Positions 22,901 through 33,400 of a stretch of 64,000 nucleotides of DNA are shown here, piece after piece. The notes under the pieces were generated by a model that was not told where the DNA came from, did no database searches, and was given only the letters and a program-made list of their open reading frames with translations. Within the stretch, counting starts at the first letter, position 1, and every line of letters begins with the position of its first letter. The stretch is from the IMG/VR virus record IMGVR_UViG_3300009149_000024, positions 7,775-71,774 of that record; one strand, 5' to 3'. The stretch comes from a virus. Position numbers and translations under genes: made by a program.

Positions 22901-25900
22901 AGTCTTCCTGAGTTTATATCAATAGAAGATATTGAGACTTTAGGTAATAATCTTAAAGCTGGGGGAGTGCGTGTTGGTGCATTTGTATTAGGTCTTAATA
23001 ATATAGGTGGAGGATTAACTGTTAATGGAACATTATTTACAGGAGCCAAATCTCCATTTAAATATCATGAAGCATTTCATGGTGTATTTAGAATGTTATT
23101 AACTGATGCAGAAATTAAAAAATACTTAACTATTGCTAGAAAAGAAGTAAGAGCTAAGTTAAGAGCAGAAGGTAAAAGCTTTGAGGCTGAATTGCAAAGA
23201 TTCAAAAACTCAGCTGATACTTATTCTGACATGAGCCGTGAAAGATTAGAACAAGAATACTATGAAGAATATTTAGCTGATGAATTTGAGAAATTTAAAA
23301 CAAATGCAAAGTCAACTCAAACGGATTCTGCTGTTAAGTCTTTATTCACTAGAATTATGGAGTGGATTAAATCTGTATTCCAGTCCTTTACTAAGAATCA
23401 ATTACTTACTTTATATGAAAACATTGATGCGGGTAAATTCAAAACAGCATCAATAAGTTCAAATCAATTTGTCAATAGTTTGATGACCGGTATATCATTA
23501 GAAGCTAATGCATTAATACCATATGATACTGAACAGAATGCCAACAATAAAGTTGGATACTATTTCTTAGATAGTGTTATTGCTGAACCTTTGGTTTCAG
23601 GTATAGCTGCTATGTATATACAAGAAATTGCAAAAGTAAAAGATCCTAATGTAAAACGTGGAGATATACTTGATAATGTTATAAATGATTTTGCTGCTTT
23701 ATATGATGAAGATAATGAATCAAATCAAAATCTTTCAGATGAACAGAAAAAATTCTTACCTCAAATAACTGAAGTATTTTATAATTTTTCTGATGAGTTA
23801 AAAAGTGAAGTATTTAAAGTTTTAAATATTATAACTAAACAAACTGAAGAAGAAGAATATAACAATGAATACTTTGAAGAACAAGTTGGTCTAAGAAATA
23901 CAGAACAGTACAACATGGATGCGTCTATGATTGGTGGTTTTGGTTCTTTGTCTGAAGGTTTAAGAAGTTACTTGGCTACAACAACAATAGCAGAGACTGA
24001 TTACTTTGGTAATAAAGAATTAAAACCTGGGGTAAAATTAATTGTTCCTATAAATTTTGTATCTGCTTATAATGGGTTATTAAAAGCTGTTAAGAATATT
24101 GATGACCCTAAAAAGATGTTACAGAACATGTACTTCTTTGGATTAGATAATCCTCAGACTGGTGCCGTTGTAACAAGATTACTACAAGACTTTGGTTTAT
24201 CTGTAGAAACATTATTAGAGTCAGGACCATTACCTACTAAGATTAAAAATGCTGCTTTATTCCAATCTGTTGTAAAAGGTTTTACAACATTTAGAGTAGA
24301 TTATTTATTTGTACAAAGAGATAATGCTGGTTCAGTATTAATTTATTCTGCAGCCCAAAGAGATGATATTAATTCACAATTAGAATCATGGTCTCAAGCT
24401 TGGGGTCAAGCTGAAAAGAAAATCAAAGCAGATCCAAAAGTTAAAAAAGAAACTCTTGATACATTAGAAGATTTTGCAAGTTATTTAAAACCTAGTGATG
24501 CTCAAATTACTGATTCAAAATTAGCTGAGTTATCTTCTAAATATTCTCAGGATATTTTTAAACTTACAGGTATTAAATTAAGCAAGCAATTTATTAGCTT
24601 TAGTATTGCATCAGCAAGAAATAATCCCACAACAATGCAGGCTGCATTAATAAATGCTAATTCTGAACAAACACCTATAAGTTATAGTGACATTCTTGAA
24701 ATAAATAAATTAATTCAACAAGGTAATGATATCTTTAGTGAAGGAGCATTGGGAGCTAATTCAAGAATTAGAACTTTAGCAATTCAAAATGCACCATTTG
24801 ATGAAACAATTGGGGCATCTGTATTTAAAAATCCTGAAGGTAATTTAGTATATGCACATCAATTACCTACATTCCATTTAAAAAGAATACAAGAGTTAAA
24901 TGATGTGGCAGAATTAGAACGTCTTAAAGAATCTGATCCATATTTAGCAGATAACTTCCTTTTAAATAGTGAAGCCTTTTTACAAATGTCTGCAGAAAAT
25001 AGACAAAAAGTTTTAAGAATAGCTGGAAGTAGTGTTGGTAAAATAAACAATACAGAAGAAGAACTTAATGATAAAATTTCTGGAGTATCTAATAAAGCAT
25101 CTTATGGTAACTATACACCACAAGAATTTACATTAAGTATACTTAATACATATATAGCTTTACTAAATACTAAAAGTAATAAAGTTGAGTATGTAGAATA
25201 TTTTGATAATAAACTTAATAAAACTGTTAAGTCTGCATTAGCCCCGGTATTAATGAGAGTATTAGAAGCATCTAATACAGGAGACTTAATGTATTTACCT
25301 GTAATTAAAGCTGTTAAGTTTGAAAAAGCAGGTGGTGGTAAAGTTGTTTTAACTAATGAAACTGTAAACATTTTTGTTGATAATATCAAGAATGAATACA
25401 ATAGAATTGTAAGAGAATCAAACTCTGAGACTAGAACTGAAGATACTCAACTTGGATACAATACTGAAAATGGTAGAGCATTTAAGTTAACAAACACTGG
25501 TTTATTTGTTACTCCAGATTTAAAGGCTTCATTAGAAGCTATTGCTAGCCGTGAAAATGCTCCTTCATTTGAAGAAGCTTTAAAAGAATTAAAGATTAGT
25601 GATACTAAATTTAGATCAGCAGTAAATCAACAATTAGAAAGTCAGTATGATATATTCTCTAAAAGTTTAAATAATTTACAAATAGAAGATCAATTAAGTA
25701 AAAGTATAACAGAAGGATTAGCAGTTGATAAAAAAGGAGATAAAAATCTTATTGAATCAGCTGAACTACTTAATCTTACTTATGATAAAGAATATAACCT
25801 AAAACAAATATTTTTTAATGACTGGGTTAATACACTCTCTATAAATGAAGTTCTTTTAGGTGATCAGGCTGTAACATTAAAAGATGGAGTTGATGCCGTT

Positions 25901-28900
25901 AAAAGAGCTAAGATGCAGAATGCGGCATACTATAGTGCTTATAGTTCTATAATGGCTGAAGATATGGGTGTAATGCATACTGTTGATGATATTAGTTTAG
26001 TTGCTTTAGAAGAACCAGTAGGAGTTTCTGCATTAACAGGAAAAAATATTGATAGATCAGATGCTCAAATGTGGATGACTACAAAAGCATTTAGATACAT
26101 GTGGTTTGGATTTGGTAAACTTAATCCTGCTCAAGCAAAACTTATTGATAAAATTGAAGCTGGTGAAAAAATAACTTCTGAAGAATTGTTTGGTCAAGAT
26201 GGTTATGTTGATATGGGTAGTATGCTTAACTCTAAAAAGTTAGTGTATGGTGATGGTAAAACATTTATTAAAATGTCTGCCTTTGTATTGACACCTGAAC
26301 TTACATCTAATAAAGTAGTAGATGAGAATGGTAATGTAACTTGGGTTGCTAAAGAAACTAGATCTGAATTACATGATTTAAGAATGAAGCTTGAAGGCAT
26401 TGAAGCTTTACCTGGAAAACAAACTTTAGGTATAGCGGCACCATTAAGTGCATTGAAAATGCTTAAGCAAAAAGTGCAAACATTAAATAGAGTTGGTGAA
26501 GATAAAGCATTTGAAGAGGGTGATTATACTACATTGTCTGCAAAATATATGGGTCTTCAAGTATTAACACCTTCAAATAAGACAGAAGTTATTGATGCAA
26601 CTCAAATAAAGAATATTGTTACTTCAGAACAAAAAGATGATGTTTTTGTAGAAGCTTTGGGAATGACCGTTGGTCAAATTAGAGCTGCATATAATCTTGC
26701 TACCTCAGCTAGAGTAGAATTAAAGTTTAAAAATAAAAGAAACTTAATTTTTAGTTTTGATAAGGGAATGCAAGAGCTTGCAATCTCTAGAGAGAATAAT
26801 AAATTAACTCCTAACTTAACAGCATTCTTAAGATATGCCACTGAAGGTCTTAAAGCATCTCAAGCAAGTAGTAACTTGTTAGAGTTCTTTTCAACTCAAG
26901 ATGGAGAACAAAAATATGATTTAAATAATCCTATTACTTTAAATAAATTTGAACAGTTGTTCTTGAGTTATTTAAGTAAAGGAACACTTGCTGAAAAAGC
27001 ACCCGGTCATGCTGTAGCTTTAGTATCTGATTTTGGTACTAAAGTTTATAGAAGAGTATTTAGTGTTGATGAAAATGGTGTTCCTGATAGATCAGAAATC
27101 ATTAGAGAAAATGTTTGGAATAGTTTAGCTAACAAACCTGCACTAGGTGAGTATGATACTTTATCTGTTACAGTTAAAGACAACAAAGAGGGTGTAGTTA
27201 TACTTGACCGTTTAAGATCTGGTGTAAAAGAATATGATAAAGATGGTAAGTTTACAGGTGAAAGATATACTGAAATGCTTATGCCGGCACACTTTAAATC
27301 TGTTATGGATTTAATTGAAAATTCTAATGGTAAGTTTCCAGATGTATTATCTAAAATGTTTGGTGTACGTATCCCATCTCAAGATAATCACTCAACAATT
27401 AACATTAAACATGTTGACTTCTTACCAGCATTCTATGGTTCATCTGCAATGTTTGCACAAGAACTTATTGAGATATCAGGAGCGGATTTTGATATTGATA
27501 AAGTTTATATGCAAATCAAAGAGTTCTATGAAGAAGGTGGACAGTTCTATGAGTATGGTAAACAAACTACAGATCAAGGTAAGTACACAGACTATTTAAA
27601 GTATGTATCTGAAAAAGTTAAAGTATCAGGTACTACTTATGCTGAAGCATTAGAATTATACAAAAATGATAATCAAGGTGCAAGTATAGAAAATTCTGTT
27701 ACAGATATAGAAGAAGAAATAGCTTCTGATGCAGGTTTGTCTGAAGATGGTATTAAAGCTTTGCAAATTTTAGGATTACCTATTACAAAAGAACAATATT
27801 TAGAATACAAGAAAAAGTTCCGTGAGCCATATGAAGCTCCAATGAATAATGCAATACTAGATTATAAGTATGCCTTAATGGGTAATACTGGTGTAACAGA
27901 AACAACAATTGAAAATGAAACACCAATTTCATATACAGCTGCTAGTTTAAAGATCTTAACTGATTTATTAAAGGAATTTGTAGGTGAAGGTGAAGTGCAA
28001 GGTTTATTACCCGGCCTAAGTGAACGCTCAAGAGAAGACAATATTGACATCAATAATATGATTGGTAAGATAAAAGCATTTACTAATAATAAAGGTGCTG
28101 CTATTGGAGCCATTGTATTACCAAACGTATACTTAAGTTTACTAACTGAGTATGGTATTAAAATAAATTCTAATGGTCCACAAATTAGTATTAATGGTGT
28201 TCTTTATAATGACTTTACAACAACTAGAGAAAAAATATCTAAAACAGAAACCGGACTTAGAAAGCAAGATATTATCTCAGCATTGATTACAATGGCTACA
28301 GATAATGCTAAAGAACGTCTTGTTGCTAAACTTGGTTTAAATAAACATGCTCTTGGTGTAGTAGCTAACTTAACTGCTTTAGGTGTACCTATTAAAACAT
28401 CTTTATTGTTGATTAATAATCCAATGATACAGGATTTATATTCTCAAGCATTAAACAAAAAAGATAAATTAGATCCTGGAGTTTCTGCTTTAGTAGACAA
28501 GATGATAATTGAGTTACTAGAAAAAACAAAAGCTATTAAAAAAGATGATCTAGAGAAGTCATTATCAGACATGGGTGTAGATTTTGCAACCTATGATGAA
28601 GTTAATGATGCTCTTTTAATAGATGCATTCAATAATGCAGAAGAGGTTACTGATAAAGAAAAAATTGCAATATTAAATTTATTTTCAGATGCTGTAAAAG
28701 TTAAAGACTTTACAAGTAATATGTCAGCTATTGCAGGTTTAACAAATGGATTAGGTAAAGATATCTCAGCAGTCAATGAAAAAGCTGAACAAATAGATAA
28801 GCTGTTTGATGAAAAAGCAATGATGGATTTAAAGCCAGTATACAAAAGCAATACTTGGCAATCAAAATATCTTGACATATTTAATCAAATCAGAAATGAG

Positions 28901-30418
28901 TTATTACCTGTTACATTTTTAACAGCAAGTGAAAACTTTCAATCAATTTTGAGTGAAGTATATGAAAATGTAAATTCTAATTCAAATGATTTTAATGAAG
29001 AAGTAAGATCTAAAATATCAAAAGATTTATTATCATACTTAACTATTAAAGCATATCAAGAAAACAAATTAAAAAATGATCCACAGTCAGCGGCTACTTT
29101 AAGTAATGAGTTGATCTATCCTGGAGGTGATTATTTATCAATCAATGATATTGTTGATAGATTACGTACTACAGAAGCTGGTCAAAATAATTTCTTCTTA
29201 GATAACTTTGCAATAAATGTTAAAGCAAGTGATGCTAAAAATCAAACAGGTTTGAATACAGTTGATGCAAATACTTTTAGAAGTTTGAATGCTGGTCAAA
29301 AAGTAGATTTACAAAATTCATTTGCTAAACTATATGGCTCATTAGAAACTAAGAATGATGCTTTATCTATAATTAACTATATCATGGTTAAAGATGGATT
29401 ACAATTAGGGTATGCTTCTTTATTAGAAGCAATCAGCCCTTTTGTAATGGATGCATATCTAAGTCAAATTGAAACAGCAAATGCTGCATTAAGAAGTAAT
29501 AATGAAGTAAAAGTCAAAGAAACTTTTGGTCTGAATACAGATGAATTAAAATCTGATTTTGTCAATAATTATTTGTTATCAAATATAAATGGACCTTTGT
29601 TATATACATTTAATAAAAACTTCCCAGCTAAAGGAATTACTATTAAAAAAGAAGACATTACAAATGAAGTTAAAGTTGATTGGAATCAAATTAATGGTGG
29701 TACACCTACGCGTTTTATTAGATTAAAAAGCACAGATGTATTAGGTAACATGTCTTATGAAACATTTATTTCTACATCAGATCCTGAATTAACAACACAA
29801 GTTTATAATAGAGTAGAAACAAAAGGCTCTAATCAACAAAATCCAATTGGGTTTATGTTTGGAGAAAGACCTACGTATAAAGCTGTAAGACAAAGCATTA
29901 AACTTAAAAATTCAAAAACAAGTCAAGATGCATATGCTGATAATGTTCAATTTGAGGTACCTGAAAATTTTGCAATATCATCTGATGAAATGATTCAATT
30001 AGGTGCTTTGAATGATGAGAATGCTGATATTGAAGCAACTGAATTTGGTGTTAATATTAACGGTAACAACATTGCTAACATTAGTGCAATGGAAGCATTG
30101 CTTACAACTGAACCAAAAGAAAAAGCAGAAAAGGTTGAGTCAGATATTACTGAAATTGGTGAAGCAACAACACTACTTGACTCAATGAGTGATCTTGAAA
30201 GAGAGTTGTATGACGAGATGAATGCTGAAATAGAAAGTGATTATTCAGCAATTGAGAATTTCTGGGATGCTAACATTCAAAAAAACACTCAAGCTAAAGA
30301 AAATTTGAGAGTAAATAATAATGTTCTATCTTTGGAAGATCTTATAGATATGTACAACAATGGTATATACACAAGTCAAGAAGAATTTATTGAACAAATA
30401 AAACAATGTAATCTATAA
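16928..30418 (+). CDS. virion-packaged DNA-dependent RNA polymerase with zincin metallopeptidase domain
   Basis: 4496 aa; catalytic RIPSQ...SGADFDIDK (DFDID at 27485-27499); HEAFH at 23066-23080 followed by EEYLADEF. Confidence 0.9.
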   Translation: MENQVKNNSLEQTILDNQTSESVIPKDNSFESVREMFNTPATEILMGKMDMSQFEQVESLRPMINLTGIRSNANANTIRPTLSTNTFDPVLQQNPPNLQEPGGFHRMMTQSVKDAFQRSEADAVPGRGVASPVFSSMLQTNFKRYYEHPEFQTLGWKPYADNEAYYNANSTIYDDMSRMWGQFGSLVGTGFMSGYRSIGDMIGGGSMVTDLKSANEFEDAMAIGNSSRGGVLGFTNNLLLNSAYTVGIVSSIALEELVMAGLEVVTFGGATPLVAGRTALNAARLAQAVGKATTVGRMYSSGRTMMNTLKGIDTAKDFWTASKMGGKAVASIFAPETIAAINRLHTTEVLAQNLTNMAKASEYAGSFYRDLRGLNLALSESKLEGGMVYNDMVKTGMAIKFAENNGLPVTPEQAAEIGANAHKAAFATTMHNMPAIFLTNKLVLGNSLGGFNKSLGRVFSENSVNIPSRLIKTAGKLNPFKDAGTGFKGLMTTIGNAGVKGNLAKAGTGSLRFFAANLGEGIQEVTQEAISAGTKNYYTTLLKDPLAGGTELYKASVTAGLGEQFSAQGFETFMSGFLMGGVVSGPQKLFFQGVPALYQRVSNPEKYAEYKQQKETYIKSVVDTYNAVWNAQANDPNSIFDQKRFNFLIQKAISEEKTISAILNDKFNFVDETDAAKFQQIHTVLSTGGAYLFKDQLTDYMKMSDQDLAEAFPSSKSEIKNGKIRERLQSMVNQIDKTEDVYEKSKDQYPNPFNPKSFEKGTREWEQETLNNLAWEHARYLYMFTQDGFTRALERSNSIYQNLTSDPLFENMAANDLTVLLDPASIDKEMQMLTEEALLLSGDTKLNADKIKEKTERIERLSAFKNIVMENQNKDGSFDKRKISLLRKEFEKYVKHMAQATGSFVNKEAIDNALKQIVDYTALKGRAKVYDKAIEYLNNPQKFRDLSERSAEAMQEQFKNRKAIFEKQVRDYTDVIERNELANQIAKLGYIPNHVEMKMFLETGDSKYLKTFYNQKGEDITRYDSEGLANIQELLNTYEQTRPDKKVEAEIKEEEEVAEEGRADVDDILVSAGITTQVSVKNSVLLDNAVKKAYDKYSAKETRAGKKPMSLEAWIGGDGGKNLRASFIAVKRIWVENDLLINPNNPLTEQEIESESKLLSWLQSQEGKTNDLVESVVNAVGLTIEDITGQVELLPAQGESIEGNKSATVAEKGNVISLIELNTVDPEGNAFTSYQLVDQYKQPLDEETLTRYGIPTLGIYDEANKAEGIKMQKALNDLIPDSTKFTFAGATLNYGQLIYDKTGLEFIILSDPKQIKKDGKLLIIPSNEISPIIKDTERSTQPITAKEFAELFSVQDLNVKLLPNNVARLSINEPIQPYPYRNKVEGSTNDWTETNEQAIARYNLIMSVLTPEEVNDLELVVSLDPEGGTEGPLLFIPGSKEANPYIQTVRAKYSVGIRIANPAVQSKVDAIVEKMGLTKSTSTNGVFAFMQNNNFIITNSQGTVIDPVNMTMDEYKNIIYLPEGMVKNPETDLKRAQDHFALNNVLSAALPGLVAKYPNGIIPMSELPNGLSFVYKEAVMMYDKSPKSLTDLQFNAADINGNYLIYQSEIVRDEEGKPVKPFQRTKIAISNLEGQARRQLINEVEANLSEQDLAKLISGQDAYNAIVLMPDGKYKVVNLKAKSIDKAILMEKFTAIINKAESTLIENPEKSDSFKTNFNSDYNENLPKEIFVSTKNGYKISLQVSPWGKIELDLFDTVNKKKLGIARLKPTAKTSVDEQLKTLLDDFNALPGAIAVGIKITPENFRESFPRDISANDLIEKTTTEVAPKVASNSKIELSGDSAFIQAARNIPVSTQGTFTPTETFTDAQGNPIPKGPELTTAATPEEVADALDTDNINPEDINVDDIAARRNGVRLNKLEGVKEQLDTLKAKLTEGLVGAAKIKAVKESKEYQDLLAERKKLESEANKIVSVQDAVVDAEDIDVFTEWATASLPEFISIEDIETLGNNLKAGGVRVGAFVLGLNNIGGGLTVNGTLFTGAKSPFKYHEAFHGVFRMLLTDAEIKKYLTIARKEVRAKLRAEGKSFEAELQRFKNSADTYSDMSRERLEQEYYEEYLADEFEKFKTNAKSTQTDSAVKSLFTRIMEWIKSVFQSFTKNQLLTLYENIDAGKFKTASISSNQFVNSLMTGISLEANALIPYDTEQNANNKVGYYFLDSVIAEPLVSGIAAMYIQEIAKVKDPNVKRGDILDNVINDFAALYDEDNESNQNLSDEQKKFLPQITEVFYNFSDELKSEVFKVLNIITKQTEEEEYNNEYFEEQVGLRNTEQYNMDASMIGGFGSLSEGLRSYLATTTIAETDYFGNKELKPGVKLIVPINFVSAYNGLLKAVKNIDDPKKMLQNMYFFGLDNPQTGAVVTRLLQDFGLSVETLLESGPLPTKIKNAALFQSVVKGFTTFRVDYLFVQRDNAGSVLIYSAAQRDDINSQLESWSQAWGQAEKKIKADPKVKKETLDTLEDFASYLKPSDAQITDSKLAELSSKYSQDIFKLTGIKLSKQFISFSIASARNNPTTMQAALINANSEQTPISYSDILEINKLIQQGNDIFSEGALGANSRIRTLAIQNAPFDETIGASVFKNPEGNLVYAHQLPTFHLKRIQELNDVAELERLKESDPYLADNFLLNSEAFLQMSAENRQKVLRIAGSSVGKINNTEEELNDKISGVSNKASYGNYTPQEFTLSILNTYIALLNTKSNKVEYVEYFDNKLNKTVKSALAPVLMRVLEASNTGDLMYLPVIKAVKFEKAGGGKVVLTNETVNIFVDNIKNEYNRIVRESNSETRTEDTQLGYNTENGRAFKLTNTGLFVTPDLKASLEAIASRENAPSFEEALKELKISDTKFRSAVNQQLESQYDIFSKSLNNLQIEDQLSKSITEGLAVDKKGDKNLIESAELLNLTYDKEYNLKQIFFNDWVNTLSINEVLLGDQAVTLKDGVDAVKRAKMQNAAYYSAYSSIMAEDMGVMHTVDDISLVALEEPVGVSALTGKNIDRSDAQMWMTTKAFRYMWFGFGKLNPAQAKLIDKIEAGEKITSEELFGQDGYVDMGSMLNSKKLVYGDGKTFIKMSAFVLTPELTSNKVVDENGNVTWVAKETRSELHDLRMKLEGIEALPGKQTLGIAAPLSALKMLKQKVQTLNRVGEDKAFEEGDYTTLSAKYMGLQVLTPSNKTEVIDATQIKNIVTSEQKDDVFVEALGMTVGQIRAAYNLATSARVELKFKNKRNLIFSFDKGMQELAISRENNKLTPNLTAFLRYATEGLKASQASSNLLEFFSTQDGEQKYDLNNPITLNKFEQLFLSYLSKGTLAEKAPGHAVALVSDFGTKVYRRVFSVDENGVPDRSEIIRENVWNSLANKPALGEYDTLSVTVKDNKEGVVILDRLRSGVKEYDKDGKFTGERYTEMLMPAHFKSVMDLIENSNGKFPDVLSKMFGVRIPSQDNHSTINIKHVDFLPAFYGSSAMFAQELIEISGADFDIDKVYMQIKEFYEEGGQFYEYGKQTTDQGKYTDYLKYVSEKVKVSGTTYAEALELYKNDNQGASIENSVTDIEEEIASDAGLSEDGIKALQILGLPITKEQYLEYKKKFREPYEAPMNNAILDYKYALMGNTGVTETTIENETPISYTAASLKILTDLLKEFVGEGEVQGLLPGLSERSREDNIDINNMIGKIKAFTNNKGAAIGAIVLPNVYLSLLTEYGIKINSNGPQISINGVLYNDFTTTREKISKTETGLRKQDIISALITMATDNAKERLVAKLGLNKHALGVVANLTALGVPIKTSLLLINNPMIQDLYSQALNKKDKLDPGVSALVDKMIIELLEKTKAIKKDDLEKSLSDMGVDFATYDEVNDALLIDAFNNAEEVTDKEKIAILNLFSDAVKVKDFTSNMSAIAGLTNGLGKDISAVNEKAEQIDKLFDEKAMMDLKPVYKSNTWQSKYLDIFNQIRNELLPVTFLTASENFQSILSEVYENVNSNSNDFNEEVRSKISKDLLSYLTIKAYQENKLKNDPQSAATLSNELIYPGGDYLSINDIVDRLRTTEAGQNNFFLDNFAINVKASDAKNQTGLNTVDANTFRSLNAGQKVDLQNSFAKLYGSLETKNDALSIINYIMVKDGLQLGYASLLEAISPFVMDAYLSQIETANAALRSNNEVKVKETFGLNTDELKSDFVNNYLLSNINGPLLYTFNKNFPAKGITIKKEDITNEVKVDWNQINGGTPTRFIRLKSTDVLGNMSYETFISTSDPELTTQVYNRVETKGSNQQNPIGFMFGERPTYKAVRQSIKLKNSKTSQDAYADNVQFEVPENFAISSDEMIQLGALNDENADIEATEFGVNINGNNIANISAMEALLTTEPKEKAEKVESDITEIGEATTLLDSMSDLERELYDEMNAEIESDYSAIENFWDANIQKNTQAKENLRVNNNVLSLEDLIDMYNNGIYTSQEEFIEQIKQCNL

Positions 30419-30424
30419 TAAGCT

Positions 30425-33400
30425 ATGGCAAGATGTCCTAATAAAAACGCACCGGAATATAAAGCTTTACAAGAAGTTTATAAAAGTGAAATTGCAACAA
30501 ACAATATCATTAATACTTGGCAGGATGCAAATAATACAGATGTATTTCCAACTGTAGTTGAAGCAAAACAGTTTGCTAAAAACAACAAGGTTGCTTTTGC
30601 ATTAAAGCAAAAAACTTTTGCTGAGAGTTTATTAAATAACTTAAGGGAGAAAAAACTTATTCATACTGAATTTGGTTTAAATCTTATTAATGCTTCAGAT
30701 CCAAATGTTTTTTATACAGAAAGGGTTGCTGATCCGGTAGTTGTTGAAGATAACAAAAGAAAAATAGAGCAATATCTAAAGACTAATAATATCCCTTTAG
30801 ATGCTGTTTCTATTATAAAGACTAACAAAACATATAAGGTTATAGTAGATCAAAATGTTTTTACCCCAAAAGATTTGTTACCATCATCTAGAGCTTGGGA
30901 TACGCCAAGATCCAGAGCTGTTGTAATGCATTTGATGAGAATGTTCCCGGATGTCAAAGTCAAGATGCTTAGTCCTACTGAAGCAGAAGCTATTTATAAT
31001 ACAATACCTAAATGGCAGAAGAGTAAAGTCAACTTTAAAAATGTAAATTCATTTTACTTTAACAATGTTGCTTACTTAGTAAGAGGAAGAGTTACAGATG
31101 AAACTGCAATTGAAGAGATGCTACATCCATTTACTGATGCTATCAAAATAGATAACCCTCAGTTATTTAATAGTTTACTTACAGAAGCTAAAGCAAATTT
31201 TCCTGAAATGGTACAGTCTATTAATGAGGCCTACAATGGGAATAGAAACTTCAGCCAGGTAGAAAGAGATCTTGAAATAGTAACTCAAGCATTATCTAGA
31301 CATTTCAATAATGAATATGAGTCAACTCCAACTAAAAAATTCTTAGATAAAATCAAGGAAGCTTTAGACTGGTTTTTAAATGTTATTAATAACTTAAATG
31401 AGTACATAACAGGTAAGCCTTTATCTGTAAAATCTATTAACAACAAAACTACTTTTACTGATATTGCTAAACTTTTAAATACAGAAGGTATAAGTTTCAA
31501 TCTGGGTAGTAGTTCAAATGGAAAAGTAAGATATTCATTATCTCCTGCAAAACAAAAGATTGTAAACAAAGCACTAGAAGAAGCTAATCCTATTCAAGCA
31601 GAGATAATTAAAAAATTATTTCATGTTGCTATTAATTCTAAACAAGAGATAGATTCTTTATCTGCAAATTTAAGTGACACAACTTCAGCTAATACAATTG
31701 TAGTTCTTAATCAAGAAGATCATACTTATGTTGATATTACAAACCGTGAAATTTACAAATCAGTAACTACAGCAATTAAAGGTCAACTTGCAAATCAAGA
31801 AGATGTAGAACTTAATTTGGCTGTGGGCAATGATGTAGATGGGTTATTGGATTCCATAATATCTAATGAATCATTTGATGAAGCATTTCTTAAGATGAAA
31901 TCTATAAATAGAGAAACTGCAGAAAAAATGTTTGATTTATTACAAGATCAAATTACCCAATTAAAACCATTAAATTCAATTGCTATTTCACAAGTTGTTG
32001 TATATGATGAAGCAACAAAGCTTGCAGGTACAGCAGATTTAGTTATTATAGATGAGTATGGTAGAATAAGAATTGTTGATTTAAAAACAAGTAAAAATTC
32101 TATTTATGATATGTCTACTGTAGCTTCTATTAAAAATAAAATACCCGGTAGAAAATCAGGTACTAGATATGAAGTAGTAGAGTATGAATTAAAAGAAGAT
32201 GTTCCTGCACTAGATAAAAATGGTAAACCTATTTTAAATCCAGATGGTTCACCTAAAGTATTTCTTGGTAGTGACCTTAAAAAAATTCACGGGGTTGATG
32301 CATTATCAACTAGAGCTCAACATAACTTACAAGTAAATCTTTATAGACGTATGTTTCAAAACATGGGTTATAATGTTTATGAAGGTGATGCTGGTGCTGT
32401 TACTTTTCACATACAAGCAGACATAACGGGTAAAGGTAAAAATCAAGTATTCAATAATAAGTTTAGATTAGACGGTAGAGTTGAACATCCCATATCACAA
32501 AATTTGCTTTATGTTGATATGCTTGTTCCTTCTATAGAAGTGCTTGATAAAAATATTAACATAGCAGAAAATGCTATATACCGTGGTGATCAAGATTTGG
32601 AAGCTATGGAACAACTGGCTGATACAGTAGAAGCTCAACAATATTCAGAGTACAATACTATTACAACAGCATTAGAAAACTACATTCTTGCTTTAGTAGA
32701 GCAAAACAAAGCTTTAGACAAACTTAAAAACAATGTATTTAGGGATAGAACTAAAGAGCAAACTAGAGATGATATTGCAAGTACATTAGCATACATCAGT
32801 AGTAATATTAATACTGGACCAATAGCTAGATCTCAGACATATACTCAATTACTAAGAAGCTCTTTAAATCAAATGCAAAAATTTAGAGAGTTTGTTGAAG
32901 ATCCAGCTAATGTAAATAAGCCTGAGTACATTACATATGTTTTAAACTTCCAAAGATTCTTAAGTACATTTGATGCTTTATATTCAATCAAAGATTCTAA
33001 GGAGCTTAATGCTACACAAAGAACCTTGGTTCTTCAAATGCAACTTGAACATAATAAACTTGTTGGAACTAATAATAGTGAAGGTTTAATCAATGATGCT
33101 ATTTTAAATTTTGTAAAAGAAACTATCAGACTTAGATCAAGTAATGATTGGGGTGGAAAAGGTAGTGCATTTACACAAGAAATGTTGGATGACCTTATGG
33201 TTATGGCTCCGGATATTGCAATAGATGCATTACAAGCTCAAGATATGGCTACTCAAAAAGATCCTATACTTGCTGTAATGGATAAGATATATAAAAGCCA
33301 AAAACAAAAACTTTTAGACAGAATAGAGGAAAGAGAATATTCAATTAGAAATGCAGGTAATACTTTATTAAAACTTTCAGGAAACAAAGATCTGCAAAAG

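Noticed and set aside
485-31569. Many short antisense or out-of-frame ORFs inside the structural genes (e.g. 485-739, 9280-9588, 22531-22776, 28591-28878)
   Set aside because: They are shadow ORFs of strongly biased coding sequence, with no motifs or independent signals.
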